Of a DNA stretch of 64,000 nt, positions 27,171 to 40,100 are shown piece after piece. The translations under genes and the position numbers were made by a program. How positions within the stretch are numbered: position 1 is the first letter of the stretch; the number at the start of each line of letters is the position of its first letter. The DNA is from Amoebophrya sp. A120. Taxonomy: Eukaryota; Protista; Dinoflagellata. The stretch lies in assembly GCA_905178155.1 (NCBI GenBank), contig CAJINV010000008.1, positions 186,001 to 250,000 on the forward strand. The letters run 5' to 3'. A model generated the notes under the pieces. It worked only from the letters and a program-made list of their open reading frames with translations, did no database searches and had not been told where the DNA came from.

Positions 27171-28325
27171 TCAAAAGTACCTCCTGCCCCTCCGTGAGCT
27201 TCCTCCTACGCTGCCGGCGCAGCTGCTGCGGCCGCGGTCTTCGATGCAGTCTTCCAGGGGCACCCTGTTGGTCGTGAGGAGCTCTTCAAGGCCACATGTT
27301 GGTTTAGCTCTCGAACAAATACCGTGGAACTGGCGCCAACTAGCGTAGTCGAATACCATTTTTCGTTCACTTGCACTTCGATTGGCGTCTAGTTTATGCA
27401 ACAGTCAATCCTACTCGGGAGTTGGAGTTGCACTTCTACGGCAGTCTGGATGAACTTTAAGAAAACACTTTTTTTTCCGAAATGGATCGAGGTACTTCAT
27501 GACAAGAGCGGGACGACACGACCAATTGCCACAAATGCTGCACCACAAGCTGCGCAAGTACCCATTTAAAAATCTTGTTAGTTTTTTCGATTTTTTTTTG
27601 AATTTTCATATGCTCAACACAGCAGTGTTTATATGGCGTGTCGGCTAACGCGCAACTCCGACCATGTAAGAAATAGTGGCTTCGTTTGATACGCATGCCG
27701 ATGTTGGTGATACCGACAGGAGGGGCCATCCCCTGTGGGGCGGCCATGAAATTGAAGGGCCCATTGTTGCTGCTCGACGAAAGTGAAGAAACAGCCGCTG
27801 GAGTGGTGGTTGTCGACGCGATCGGGCGAGTTTGTAGCGGGGTTCCCGCAGAGGATGACCCACTCCCGGTCGCGAGCTGTGGCGCTGCTATGGTCGGGCT
27901 TACCATGGGCTTGATCAAGGTCGTTTTCACCATGGTGCAGTCATCCTTTCTAAACTGCTGACCGTGTTCCGACACGACGTGCTGTCCGTCTTTGCTCAAG
28001 TACCTGATGCGATGGTGATGGCAGACGCAGAAATGAACATTGCACATCATGACCGAACCTGTACGCAGGGGAGGAAGAAAATGAATCTCATCAATTTGTC
28101 ATGCGTGGGAATTTTGGGCGACGTGCACGTGGTGGCATCATGCATACATAGTTGTACAGTCACCATGTTATTCTCCAATTTCAACTACAAAGTAAAGGAA
28201 GTATACCCTTTGATTTTGCTGTCCCGCCCTTTTACCAACCATGTTGACATCAAGCTCTTGCCTTGTATCGTTGGAACCTGCAATGCTGATGGCTGCTGCA
28301 GCGTCAGTCCCGCCGGCTGCTGCAT
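27171..28325 (-). CDS. Hypothetical protein, 3 exons (28325-28207, 28003-27663, 27388-27171; 225 aa)
   Basis: Two GT-AG introns join three frames without stops (KIKG|YLSKDG; YFLH|DANRS). No family recognised. Confidence 0.55.
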
Positions 28326-29327
28326 CTTGATGAAGAATTCGTATACCAGAGTTAGATCGCAAGGACACTATGACGATTGCTATTAGAGTACAAAAATGCA
28401 CATACAGCTTCTGATCCTGCTAAATGTCCACACTCACTAGACGACGACTATAATTGCGCACGTTGATGAAGAAGAAGATAGCTGCAAGTGTACTATCATC
28501 TGGTGCTTACGCTTAGTGGTCGTGGATTTCGTAGCCTGTAGCGAAAGAGCATTTCTCCATCAATAAATTGGATTGCACGCTGCGAAGCAACGCTAATGCC
28601 TTCGATATTAGCTCCAATCCGGACCAGCGATGGGGGACGACAGCGAACCTATAGCCCTCTGCCATGTTCCAGTTCTACAAGAGTGAAAGTTTTTGTCGTT
28701 CACTGTCACTCATACTGGTAGTTACTCTTACTTGGACAGCTTACCTTTCTTTTTTCTTGTTATTATACGGAGCTGCTGCACATACCTGGAGCACTGGAGC
28801 ACATCAAAAGACACAAACTCGAAGAAGCGTCTCCTAAAGCGGACGCGCGCAACACAGATTCGCAGCGGCACGGGCAGCTATGTAGAAAATGAAATTTTTG
28901 TTCTTAGGAGAAGGAGAACAAGAAGCCCTAAAGAATACACCCGCTACGTCCGCCAGACAGATGACAGCTGCTAGTTGAGATTGAGTAATCAAGTAAAGGT
29001 AAACGCCGTTCTTCTTCTTTCTACAAGAAAAAACATACGACAAGTGGCCGCGCGCCAAACAATCAAAAGAAACAGGAACGCTCTCTCACCTTTTCCGAAC
29101 GAGCCATGACATTATGTAGTTCTTCATGGCCGCGCTCCGTGATATCAGTCATGATGCAGTATGTTGATGTTCTTCCGCGTTTCTTTCCATGATCTGGCAC
29201 CATAGAGGATGTAACCATAGCATCGATGTCAGCCTCAGTGTAAGGAACCGCAAATCATGCTGCAGAGACAGACACTCGGCTGGAGGTGGTCATGCACGTG
29301 TTCACTTCTTGTTCTCCCGATAACAAC

Positions 29328-30766
29328 TTACAATTCGTTCCTTGCCGACGCTTGTTCCTTTTGTTTTTTCAGCATTGCGTAGTACTCAACCAGGATTTTC
29401 CAGCCTTCTGGGTGCATGAAGCCATCCGGCGGGGTTTCGCCCGCTGCGGCAAGCGCGCGCATTTTGGTCCCACTAATGGAAACGAAGTCGTCTTTCCTCT
29501 TGGGGTCGAAGAACCGCATCTCCCGAACGGTTTTATCGTAGGCGGCGAACTGGAAGGGCACGATGGTCATGTCAAACTTGGGGTTCATCTTCAGCATCAT
29601 CTGTCCGTGCCAGGCTGAATACGCGTCGTCTTTTGTCCGCGGGTGCTTCATACCGGCCGGATCCCGTCCTACGATGTAGTGGGTGGCCCCCACTTTTTGT
29701 CGCGCGAGTGCGTGCCATTGCACCTCACGAGGGCCTGCGTACAGCATCGGACTCGGGAAAATCGACAGCAAAGTTTTCAGCTCATCTCCGAAAACTCTGT
29801 TCTCTAGAAGCTTCTCGTGCTGTCGCATGCGCCACGAAAGTGGAACCTAAAAATAAATGTTGGTGGTCTCAGTCGCTTTCATTATCATTGTCGTTGAAAG
29901 GTACTAGCATAGCCCTTCTACGACCATGATTCTGTTTCAGTTTCAGATGAACAACTGAGCTAAAGTGAATAAACATTATTCTACAAAAACAAATCTATGT
30001 GTACGTCATCCTCTTTTGTCCAGCCGCCAAGGGGATTGATCCACAGGAGCGGGTTCTTGTAGCCCTCGGAAACCAGTTGGCGGTGCGTGTCTTTCATAAG
30101 AAGCGCGTGCCCGTTGTGGATTGGGTTTCGCAGCTGAAACACGAAGACCGCGTCATGCTCCTTGAACACGTGACGAATTTGCGTCGGCGTTAGCCGGTAC
30201 TTGTCGAGCCCATCGCCCCGCGGCCAACTTTCCTGCAGCACTTCCAGGTCGCCTCCGCAAAGGTTTTTCGTCGCGGCCGGTCGAATCCAGCTCTCCACGT
30301 ACGGGTAGTCGTTTTCTATCAAGCCAAACGTCCGTGCGATGCGCTCCTCGACCCGGTGCTCGAACACCTGCACGTTGCGCAATATCGCTACGGGTTTCGG
30401 TTCTGCTGCGTCAACGTCTTTCTTAAACGCGTACCGGAGGCCCAGCGTCGGGTCGCTTGCAGTTTTCTCCCAGCCGACCGGAAGGTCGCAGGTGAGCACG
30501 ATGGGCACCGGCGGATCCTGGTGGTGCAGCGACTTCAAATATTGCTTTTCATTCATGAACCCTCCCAGGTCACTGGCCCAGCCCTGCGCGAGCACCTCAA
30601 GCCATTCCGCCTCTTCGTCGGTCAGTGTCTGCTTCTTCTCCACCTGAGCAAAACGTTGCAGGAACTTTTCAGGGTCGTCCGTTATGATCGAGGTTCGGGA
30701 TAGCCCGCTGACTAGCTGCACCTGCTCCAGTAGTGACGCACCGAGGCACAGCACTTGCCACCTCAT
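29328..30766 (-). CDS. ATP sulfurylase (sulfate adenylyltransferase), PAPSS/plant type without APS-kinase domain; 2 exons (30766-30005, 29846-29328)
   Basis: Motifs FQLRNPIHNGH, PLGGWTKEDD|VPL, PSPMLYAGPREVQWHA, YIVGRDPAGMKHP and ISGTKMR..PPDGFM. GT-AG intron at 30004-29847. Alternative ATG at 30781. Confidence 0.95.
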
Positions 30767-31148
30767 TGGGGTCGTCAACATCCCGTGACGGTGTCGAGGA
30801 CAACGACGAGGTCGACTGTCCAGGAAAAAAAAATCAAATATCAGTACAGCAAAGAGTCATAGCATGTCTCCACTTTGAGAACGTGATCGCTTTTTTTCCT
30901 TGTGCTGTTTTGGTGCGCTAACGACGAACCTGGCGGAACAGAGAAAGGCGACGAGGAAAGCGAAACAAGCTGCTGCATATACCATAAACATAAACGAAAG
31001 CCGCACTTGATAAACTATCTTGATAACTACTTATCGCATGCGATAAGCGTATTTTTTGTTCACTTTCGGCACTATTGTCGCTGTTTTTTTGGGAAACGTT
31101 TTCTACATCATTCTTTTTACTTAGTCATAGACCTGGTTCGAGAGTCGC

Positions 31149-32975
31149 TCAGTAGTTCACTCTTTGCTCGGCCAGTGAGCGAACTTGCACATCAACTACT
31201 TGTAAATGCTCGGTCGAAACAGGCAACAAAGCTGAGCAGCCTTTCTCGGTGTCGTTTTTGTCCACCATGTGGAGGTCGCTACTTTCCATACTTCTTAAGG
31301 ATTCCTCGTGGCTTGGTGTTAGACGACCACTGGAGGCTGGTGCAGATAAAATGGAAACCGAAAGTGCGCCTTTTTCGCCGGGTTGTTGGACTTGTGGACT
31401 CGGAAGCAGGTTGGGGGAAAGTTGTCCAACAGAATTCACGCCATTTCCAAAGGGATGTTCGAACCGCAGGCCCAAGGCGAACAAACACAAACCTGTGGTG
31501 GGAAACACTTTTTCCTTCGCTTCCTGCACATCAGCACTGTAGAGCCGGTCGCCCAGAATAGGGCACTGCAAGAACTTCGCGTGTTTTCGCAGCTGATGCA
31601 TCCGCCCCGTTCGTGGAAAAAAATCTACCACCGTCAACTTTCCAAGGACTCTGTCGGTCAGATACTTCAAAACCTGCACCTCCGTGCACGAATTTCGACC
31701 GTCGATAGGCTGGGTCACGTGGAAAGTCGGTGGCAGTAGACTACTTCTTCGCATTTGGTCCTTCTCGTCGGAGTCCACGGCCGAAAGGTTGGCAAACAGC
31801 ATTTGTTCGAGCTGGACAAGCTTGATGCCGACGCTGGCTCCCGTTTCCGACGACGAGTGCGAGGTTGATACGAATACTGACCGCGCTCGCTGGCTACTAT
31901 CTTCCCTGCTGTGTGCAGCGTCAACATCTCTTCGTTCGCCTGCACCACCGTGTTCTGTTGTGCTGTGTTCGTGGTTTGGCAGCTGTACATGTCCCCGCAG
32001 AATTGCCCGGTATCGTTTTTGCACTCGATGCTCGCGCAGAATGCGACACAGGGCGCGGCTAGACGCCTTGGTTTTTGCGAACAATAGAAGCCCACCCGTA
32101 TCTTTGTCGAGTCGATGCACAGGCTCCGGGCTGGACATCGGATCGAAATCCTCCGGTGAAAATTCCCAACAGATATTTCCATTCAACTGGTCGCTTGCTC
32201 CCTTTTCATCTTCACTCGCACAACTGGGGTCATCGTCATGTTGACCACCCAGAGGCATTTCTACTCCCTGCCCTGCTACCCCGGCGCTTTCTGCTTGACG
32301 CCGAGGACCTGTGACATCTCCCTCCTCGTTTTCGCTAATGTTCGTTCTTTTGCCCCGCCGTCTGTCTTGCTTTCTTTGTCGCTTTCGATCTCGCACGCTT
32401 TCGCCCAGCTTCTTACTTCGCTTTTGCAAATGGGACCGGCCCAGGAAGAGCAGACACTCGTCGTGCTTAAAGCGCATGGTTTCGACATTCCGTGGCTTCC
32501 ACACGATGCCCAGATGCTCGTCTTCATACACGATGCTCCTCTGATGTTGCCGGACCAACTTCTGAAGGAAATGCCAGTCCTCCGCTGCCGCGATACCGCT
32601 TGGTGAAGATGCGGGCGAAATCGTGTCCCTCAAGAAGTACAGCCCGGCTGCCCCGGACGAACTCCCTCTTCCTCCAGACGAACGACATGCTAAGGTTTCA
32701 TGAGATGGTGACGAATCGGCTTCCGCATTGTGCTGGTCGTGGTAGTCCGTCGACCAATGACACTGCACACAGTGAAAGTGAAGGTCACCAAAGGACCGAA
32801 AAACTTTTTGTTTGCGTTTGGTCCTCTTGCTTGCTTTTGTACTCCCCGTGCCCTCGTCTCTACACGCCACACTGGTGTCGCATGACGATGCTTCTGCCCC
32901 ACCTTCCACCACACCCCGCCGGTCTTGAGTTTCTACACGGCCAGCGCACAGGCGACACGTCAAAGCTAAATGCAT
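31149..32975 (-). CDS. RluA-family RNA pseudouridine synthase (608 aa, intronless)
   Basis: IVYEDEHLGIVWKP, catalytic PVHRLDKDTGGLLLFAK, KRYRAILRG, TGRMHQLRKH, PILGDRLY, LFALGLRFEHP. Confidence 0.92.
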   Translation of the reverse strand: MHLALTCRLCAGRVETQDRRGVVEGGAEASSCDTSVACRDEGTGSTKASKRTKRKQKVFRSFGDLHFHCVQCHWSTDYHDQHNAEADSSPSHETLACRSSGGRGSSSGAAGLYFLRDTISPASSPSGIAAAEDWHFLQKLVRQHQRSIVYEDEHLGIVWKPRNVETMRFKHDECLLFLGRSHLQKRSKKLGESVRDRKRQRKQDRRRGKRTNISENEEGDVTGPRRQAESAGVAGQGVEMPLGGQHDDDPSCASEDEKGASDQLNGNICWEFSPEDFDPMSSPEPVHRLDKDTGGLLLFAKTKASSRALCRILREHRVQKRYRAILRGHVQLPNHEHSTTEHGGAGERRDVDAAHSREDSSQRARSVFVSTSHSSSETGASVGIKLVQLEQMLFANLSAVDSDEKDQMRRSSLLPPTFHVTQPIDGRNSCTEVQVLKYLTDRVLGKLTVVDFFPRTGRMHQLRKHAKFLQCPILGDRLYSADVQEAKEKVFPTTGLCLFALGLRFEHPFGNGVNSVGQLSPNLLPSPQVQQPGEKGALSVSILSAPASSGRLTPSHEESLRSMESSDLHMVDKNDTEKGCSALLPVSTEHLQVVDVQVRSLAEQRVNY

Positions 32976-34137
32976 GGGGTGTGTCGCGTTTTGTTTTCAT
33001 ATGAAGAGACCAAGGGTGAATGTGATGTCTGGGTCAACCTTCTGATTGGCATCTTAGAAACACAAACTACTTGACGCCCGCACCGCTCAGCTCCTGGTCG
33101 TACGTGAAAAAATAAGCTGGTCACTTGATTCGGTGGTAGAAAAAAAATCTATTTCCAACACGGTGCTGCCAGTTCCACTGTACACACACATACCAAGAAA
33201 AAGATAGGAGACTTGACATGAAAACATGATTTAACCTTGACCTTCGCTGATCTTTGTATCTTCACATCCGCACAAGCACAAGTGCGCCCTCCTGGTCGTG
33301 GTCCTGATCGATGATCTCACAGTTTTCATGTTGAGAGCCCATTTCAATTTTTTGTTTAATCTTTCTATCATCCACCGCGTCGTGATCACTGATCCACAGA
33401 TCTTCGCCTGATCATTCTCGGATCTGATGAAGTGATTATTTAGGGGTTCTCCTAAACTTCAATATCTGTATCTTTCCAAGAAACACCAGCGCCATACTCG
33501 AGTTTGTTGTGGATTCATTCTGGTGGACAAAATGAAAATCTATGAATTTATAATTTGTACTTTCGGATGAATGAGGACGAGAATAATCACCAGAGGAGCG
33601 TCCCCTCAGAGTAGTCGAGTTCAACTTCGCCCAGCGAGGGAAAACGAACGAAGCACCACCATGGATGTGAAGAAGAGCATCGGACACAGGTTCATTTGGA
33701 GTATCTAAGGTCAAGAGCGCTACCAGCGTCTCGAGCTCGACCTCCGCCTAATAGATACTACGTAAGACTGATGCTTATCATACTCATAGTAGTTCAGCTT
33801 TATTATAATGCACGTTTATTCCACCCTGACGGGTTGCGACTACCACTACGAATTTGGGACTCAAAAATACAACGAGGTAGGAGGTGGGCTAGGGGCTTGC
33901 TTTTACAATTGGTCGTGCACCAGGTAAGTAGTTCATGCATTTCGTACTTTCTTATGTGGCAAAAATTGCAAACACTTACAAAACGTGCACATTTTTAATT
34001 TCGGCATCGCTTTGCATTTGGATACTGACTTTGTTGAAGTTGAAGTAGATGAAGTTCAATTTACAATAGTAGGAGTAGCATCTTTACCCTGTCTACTTGT
34101 TGCAAACGTGCCAGAATTTGATTTTTGTGTGGTCATC

Positions 34138-36118
34138 TCAAGACTGAAAATGGTACGCTTTGGGTGCTGCCTCTGCTGCCACTTCTATCTTGTCGGCAAC
34201 CTGCTGAGGGGCGGCTTCCGCAAGTGTCCCCACACCATGCGAAGAGGATGCCGCTCCTGACAATTGCGGTTCGGTGCCAGCAGCTACAGTGGTGTCTGCT
34301 ACGTCAGCTTCCCCCAGAGGAGGCGCTGTCTGTTCGTTTTCGGCGGGAGCACCTCCACCGTCGTTATTGACTTCGAGCGTTGGTGATGGGAGTTCGACAT
34401 CCGCTTCCTCACCACCCCCTGCCGTACCACCTTCGGCATCCGGCGCTCCCTCGCCGCCACCGTCGGGACGCGCGGTGCCCGGGTAGACGGTCGCGACTCC
34501 CGGTACATTGCTCGTCTTTTCCTTTTCTTCGCCGTCGATCGGGAGCTTCAGCGCTGCTCGCCCTTCCGGGCTCATGGGTTCCCGCCCCATGATCTCGTGG
34601 ATGCGCCGTCGGGCTGTCGGATACGTGTACTGTTGCAGCATGGCGGTGTAGACTTCGTCGTCGATGGCGGTCGTTTCGCGACAGCGGATTAGACCGAGCC
34701 GGTCAACCGTCTTCTCGGCCATCTTCACAAAACGCCCGCCCTCCTTCAGCATGTGTTTCTTGCCGTTGACCACATTATCCTGCCAGTCCTGGACCAGTTG
34801 CGCAACCTCGCCGTGGATGGAAGCAAGGTACCTACGTTGACATCGACACAGAGGAGCTTAAGCATTTTGGTCTTTACACCATTGTTGCAAAGACATGTTA
34901 ACTTTCTATCTATATCCGTAGTAGTTGATGCTCCCTCTGAATCAGCATGGTTGATGCGAGGAGAACAACTCAAAAACATACTTAGGGGAGCGAACTAAGG
35001 CAGGTTGACCACCACGTCGACGTAATTTACTACAGGGAAGCTGGAGCTCCAGCTGCCAGCACATCAGGACAGTGAAACCAGCAGCGATGCGCAACATACG
35101 CTTTTTTTGATTAAATTTCAATTTGGGTACCTTCGATTGTCCTCGACTTTGTCGCGTAGCTTTTGCCCGGCTTCTTTGATGCTTCTTGCCTCATCGATGC
35201 AGGTTTTATTTTGCGACAACTGCTTATCGATCTTCTCGAGTAACTGGCCCCGCAACTTTGCTAACCCCTTGATAGCATCGAGCGCTTCCCCGATTGCGGT
35301 CTGAATGCCGGCTTCCGCCGTGTTGCGGAACCACTGCTTCACATCCTTCCGCGCAACCTTAATCTTTTCGAGCTCCTCCTCGCAGTCCTCTTTCATGCCC
35401 GAGATCGCCTCCTCCGTGGATCCGCACTTGGCTAGGAAATCGCGAACCTGAATTTTGATTTGACATAGTGGCTTTATTGCGGAGGAGGCACTACGTATCC
35501 CGTCTGCGACGTTCCGTTGAGGGAGATGTTCTTGAGGCTGTTGATAACCGCCGAAAACAGAAAGAATCGACATAAACATACTTACTTACATACACGACAA
35601 CGATGCCAATGAAAGCGCGTGCGCATCTATTGATTTACCTTTCCCTCCATGCAGTCTTTTGTCCGATCCTCGCGAGGAAAAACGTCCGCGCAGGTTTCCG
35701 GCGTGGGCACGTTTCGAATCAGCGCTTCCAAGCGTTGTTGCACCTCGATTACCCGTTGCCGCTCGAGGGCCTCCTGCTCGCGAAGCTCTTCTTCGGTGGA
35801 CTCCCCCATGACGGAGGAAGAATTTTCGTCCTGTCGCGAGCTGTGCTCATCTTTGTCCAAATCCACGTCATCTGGCACTTCATCGGTTTCCGTGACTGTA
35901 TCCTCTTTCTGATTGTTGTTTTCGCTGTTCGAAGAGTTCTTCGAGGAGGCGCGCTTGCTGCTGCCAGCACCTCCGGTGCCTTGCTTGACCGACTTGCGAG
36001 CGCCCCCGGACTTGCTGCCGGACCGCTTGGCTTCGGAAGCGGATGAATCCTTCGAAACCGCTCGCGAACCATTTTTCGAGCTTGCCGAAGATCCTCCACC
36101 ATTCGAGCTGGGGGGCAT
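34138..36118 (-). CDS. Hypothetical coiled-coil protein, 3 exons (36118-35639, 35447-35131, 34831-34138; 496 aa)
   Basis: Two GT-AG introns give a continuous frame. Central heptad-rich region with disordered ends. Confidence 0.7.
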
Positions 36119-37166
36119 TTTGCTTTTTTTTTCACGACAATGAATCGAGGGAAATAGCTGCCTGTGACGTCGGTTTTGGTTGTTGTAACCGAGATTTTGG
36201 CCTAGATGAACTGCTGCCGGTGCCGCTGCCGGTAGAGCATTTGCATTGATGACCAGAAGGAGCCCACTCTCGTCAGCGTTGTGGTCTCTACTCTTCTTTC
36301 GGTTGGTAGTACACACGAGATAGACGATGACACAGCAGCTTTATTCGTCTCATCAATCACTAGCAACCAATGTAGATTTTTGAAGTTGATCTCCAGACGA
36401 ATAAAATTCCGCAAAATCATTCTGCGACAACTGTGGATGGCACCCTCGATTTCCCTCTGACAACAAACGAAACATTGCTGCTCGATAGCACGAAGAGGCT
36501 CTAGACACGATTCGATACATTCCACTTCCAATTCCAGCCGTGTTGTCCTGTTAAAGAGCAGCTTTGCTTTCACATTCACTGCTCTTCTCTTTCTATTTTT
36601 TCAGGTCTCCAAAGTCCAAACTTATTTTTCTACAACGGTAGTTGTCAAAATCCATAGTACTTTGTCGTGCAACAGCATCCGACAGATGCAGCACATTAAT
36701 GAATGTGAATGTCCAACGCTACTTGTCTACACGAAAAAAAATATCAGGGCTTCCGCTTCATCATGATCATCTCCTGTCCGCAGAAGCAGCTCTGTTGATG
36801 ATGTCGATAATTCGATGATCTAAAGTGTAAGTCTACTTTTCGATTTCGGGTGGATGATTTTTACATAAAACTAAAACACGTATAACACTGCGCATGCGCA
36901 TGCGAAGGTATTCAGCATAAAGATAGATAAAAGTAAAGCTAAAAGTGAAAAATTGCATTAAGCAGGATGGCGGAAGAACAAGAAGCTCTAGCTCAAGTTC
37001 ATAAACACCTGTCTGTGTGTAGCATTGAAGAACGGAAAAGCGTCGAAAGTGTCCTGGAGAGTAGTCGGTCACAGGCAGTTGTGCTATGTTCATTTTCTTG
37101 ATGTTGAAAAACAAAAAAATCGAGACCAGTGACCACTCATTGTCTCCTCTACTCCCGGCGTTAAAA

Positions 37167-40100
37167 TTAGGTCGGACTTCCGCCGCCCCTTTGCCCGGGC
37201 GGCTGCGGCAAATTTTCGTCGGTCAAGTCCATATAGAGTGCCCGGTTCGTGAGCTTCATTCCGACACCGCGGCGCTTCTTGTACGTTTCCACATGTTTCA
37301 CTACGCCCCAGGGGATAAAATACTTCAGCGAGGCGCATCCCTTTTTCGGAGGGCCTTGGATGTACCAGCCCCTTGGCGGGTTGTACATGGCATCTTCCTT
37401 GTCGATGCCGCCGCTCCACTTCATGTCTTGCAGGATCACCGTTTGGTACTTCGTAGTTTCAGCGTCGCCCAGACGAAACATTTCCAGCGCCAGCCGCCAG
37501 TCCTCCTCCACCTCGAGGTCGAAGAGGTGGAAGGTCGACTGGAAATTGGAGATGTCCACCTTGTCCTTCATGAATTGGATGCGCTCCACGACCTGTTGAT
37601 AATTGTCCTGGCGGAAGATCACTTTCGTATTCAAAATCTTGTTTTGCTTCTCCACCTCCGCTGGGTTTTCGATCTTGGACTTTGCGTACCGATTGTCCAG
37701 GTTGATCCAGTCGTGGCAGACCAGCCGGCCTAGCCGGTAGCTCACCTGGTACATCGCGAACACGTCGAAGAGCAGGTTGCTGTAGAGGCATTCCACCGAG
37801 GTGACGCGCTCCAGGTCCGTGCACCTTGAGAACAGCCGCACGAACACGTCCGCGCGGGTGTGGTACTTGGTCAAATCGTGGGCCACCACGCGGTCCTGCA
37901 GGATCCGCGCGATACCGTCTTCCGCGGTGGTGAAGCCGCCGGTCAGCCGCGTGATCAAATCCTCCTCCACAAAGTTCTCGCCGAAGTGCGCGGAGCAGTC
38001 CTTGGGCTGTTCTTCTTGAAAGACCAGCAGAATCCGGACGAAGTCCTCGTAGCTCAAGATTAGCCGGTCCGAAATCGCCGTCAGGGCGAGAGCCCGACTC
38101 GCCAAGGGAATCTCGCGCAGCGGGTGCTCTTCCTGCGGCGCGTCCAGGCCCGGGATGTCCACGTGGACGTGCTTTTTGTGATGGTGTTTTCCGTGATGTC
38201 GGTTGTTTCGCCCGTAGTGGTCATCGTGCAGCTTCGCAAACGCGGCGCGTTTCTGGACCCCCGTGGAACTGGCAGGCTGTTCCGGCGTCGCCGGAGTCTC
38301 TGCTGCTTTTTCCCCGCCGCCAGCTTTCTTCAGTGCAGGTCTCACTGGGCTAGAAGTACTTGTTCCAGCACCCGGGGTCGAGCTACTAGTTGGAGACTTT
38401 GCTTTCGCAAACCCGGCCTGCTTCGCAGCCGCTTTTGTCGGCGTGGCATCGCTGAGAGCGTCCTGCGTCATCGCCATGGAGGATTTCGCACTCCCGACGG
38501 ATAGGTGCGGTTTTTTTGGCCTGTGTTGGTGATGGTGCTTCTTGGAAGTCATGGGAATGACCTTGGGCAGGTGCTTTTCCGTTTCCAGCATGTAGCACAG
38601 CGAGTCCATGACGGCGCTGTGAACGATCGTGCGGTCCTTCTTCAGCGGGTGCAGTGGCGAGTAGTAGTCAAGCTTTAATTCAAGTCCCTTCTCCTCCTCG
38701 CCTGAGGCGCCGCCTCCCGAGCTGCCGCCGCCCGCGGAGGCCAGCAGCGCCCCGACCGAAATCTTTTCCTTCGATTTTCGGTTCATCAGAATTCCCCCGC
38801 CGGCCAGTACAAAGTGCTCCCGCCCGTCCACGAACACGTTGCGCATCAGTTGTAGATCGCCGTGCTGCGCGAAATCCGGGCAGTTGTGGGACTGCAGAAT
38901 CTTTTTCTCCCACGCAGCCAGGATAACCAACCGCTGGAACACCTGCACGTCGCCGTTTTTGTTCAGATCCAGAATGTACCGCCCCGAGGGGTTCATCGGG
39001 TTGAACCGCACGTACGTGATGAACTTCGCCTTCAGCGCCAGCCGAGGTCCCGGAGCAGAGATGAAGTTGTACAGCTTCGCGTGGGTGTAGGAAATGAAGC
39101 TCTGGTTCATGGTCTCGTCCATTTTCACGGCTCCCGCCAGCTCCTGGACCGCTTGGAACCGCTCCCAGGGCGGAAAGTTTTGAATCACGTAGCGAACCTG
39201 GGCGATGGAAAAGATGAACTCCTTCGACAGTGACTGCAAGAACATCTGCCGCTCGGTGGGTCGCGCGTCCGCGATACCAACTGTAAAAATGTCTGGGTCT
39301 GGAAAAATCCAACTTGTCATGCTGATTTTGGATTCTAAAAAAATCTGTATTGCATGAGCAGCAAAGAGAGTCCAAGTTTTGCCACACGGACAGAGCATTT
39401 GTCATGCGGTATAGGCATCAGGAATCCCTCACAGACTCTGTGATGCTAGGTTATGCATCACAGACATCAGGAGTCAGGCAAAATGTGCATGACAAACCTG
39501 GCAATCTTCCAGACCCAGACATTTTTACATTTGATACACGAACTTCCGCAGCATCTGCGACACAGCCACGAACTTGACCAGGGGCGCGTAGATTTTGTTT
39601 TTCTCGAGAAAGTATTTCAGGACCTCGTGATGCTGTCGCGGCTTTTTGGTCTTCGGGTTGTTCACGTCCAGCATCTGTTCCGTCTCCGCGTACGCAAACT
39701 TGCACACGGTGTACTTCACCTTGCTCTTGGACCGGGGAGACTTGGACCCCCCTCTGGGACTCTGGCTTCGCGGGGAGTCCGTCAAATTTAGCTTCAGCGG
39801 TGGGGGCTGCGGCACACGCTCGAAGAACCCCTCGTGGAACTCGAGCAAGTTGTCCAAGTAGACGGGTCGGAGCACGGTTTGCGATCCGGACAGTAATCGC
39901 GGTTTCACCGCGGGCAGGCTGCCGAAATTGCTGAAAATCTGTCCGAACTCACGGCAGTTCCCCCCGGGCAGAAACGTCACCTGGCCCTGTTTGTACCCCG
40001 AGGCCTCGCGAAACAGCAGCGCCCGCAGCAAACACCTGTCGTAGCTCGACCGGGTCAGGTGCAGCGTGTACTGGCTCCGGCTCGGGTCGCTGTTGTTGTA

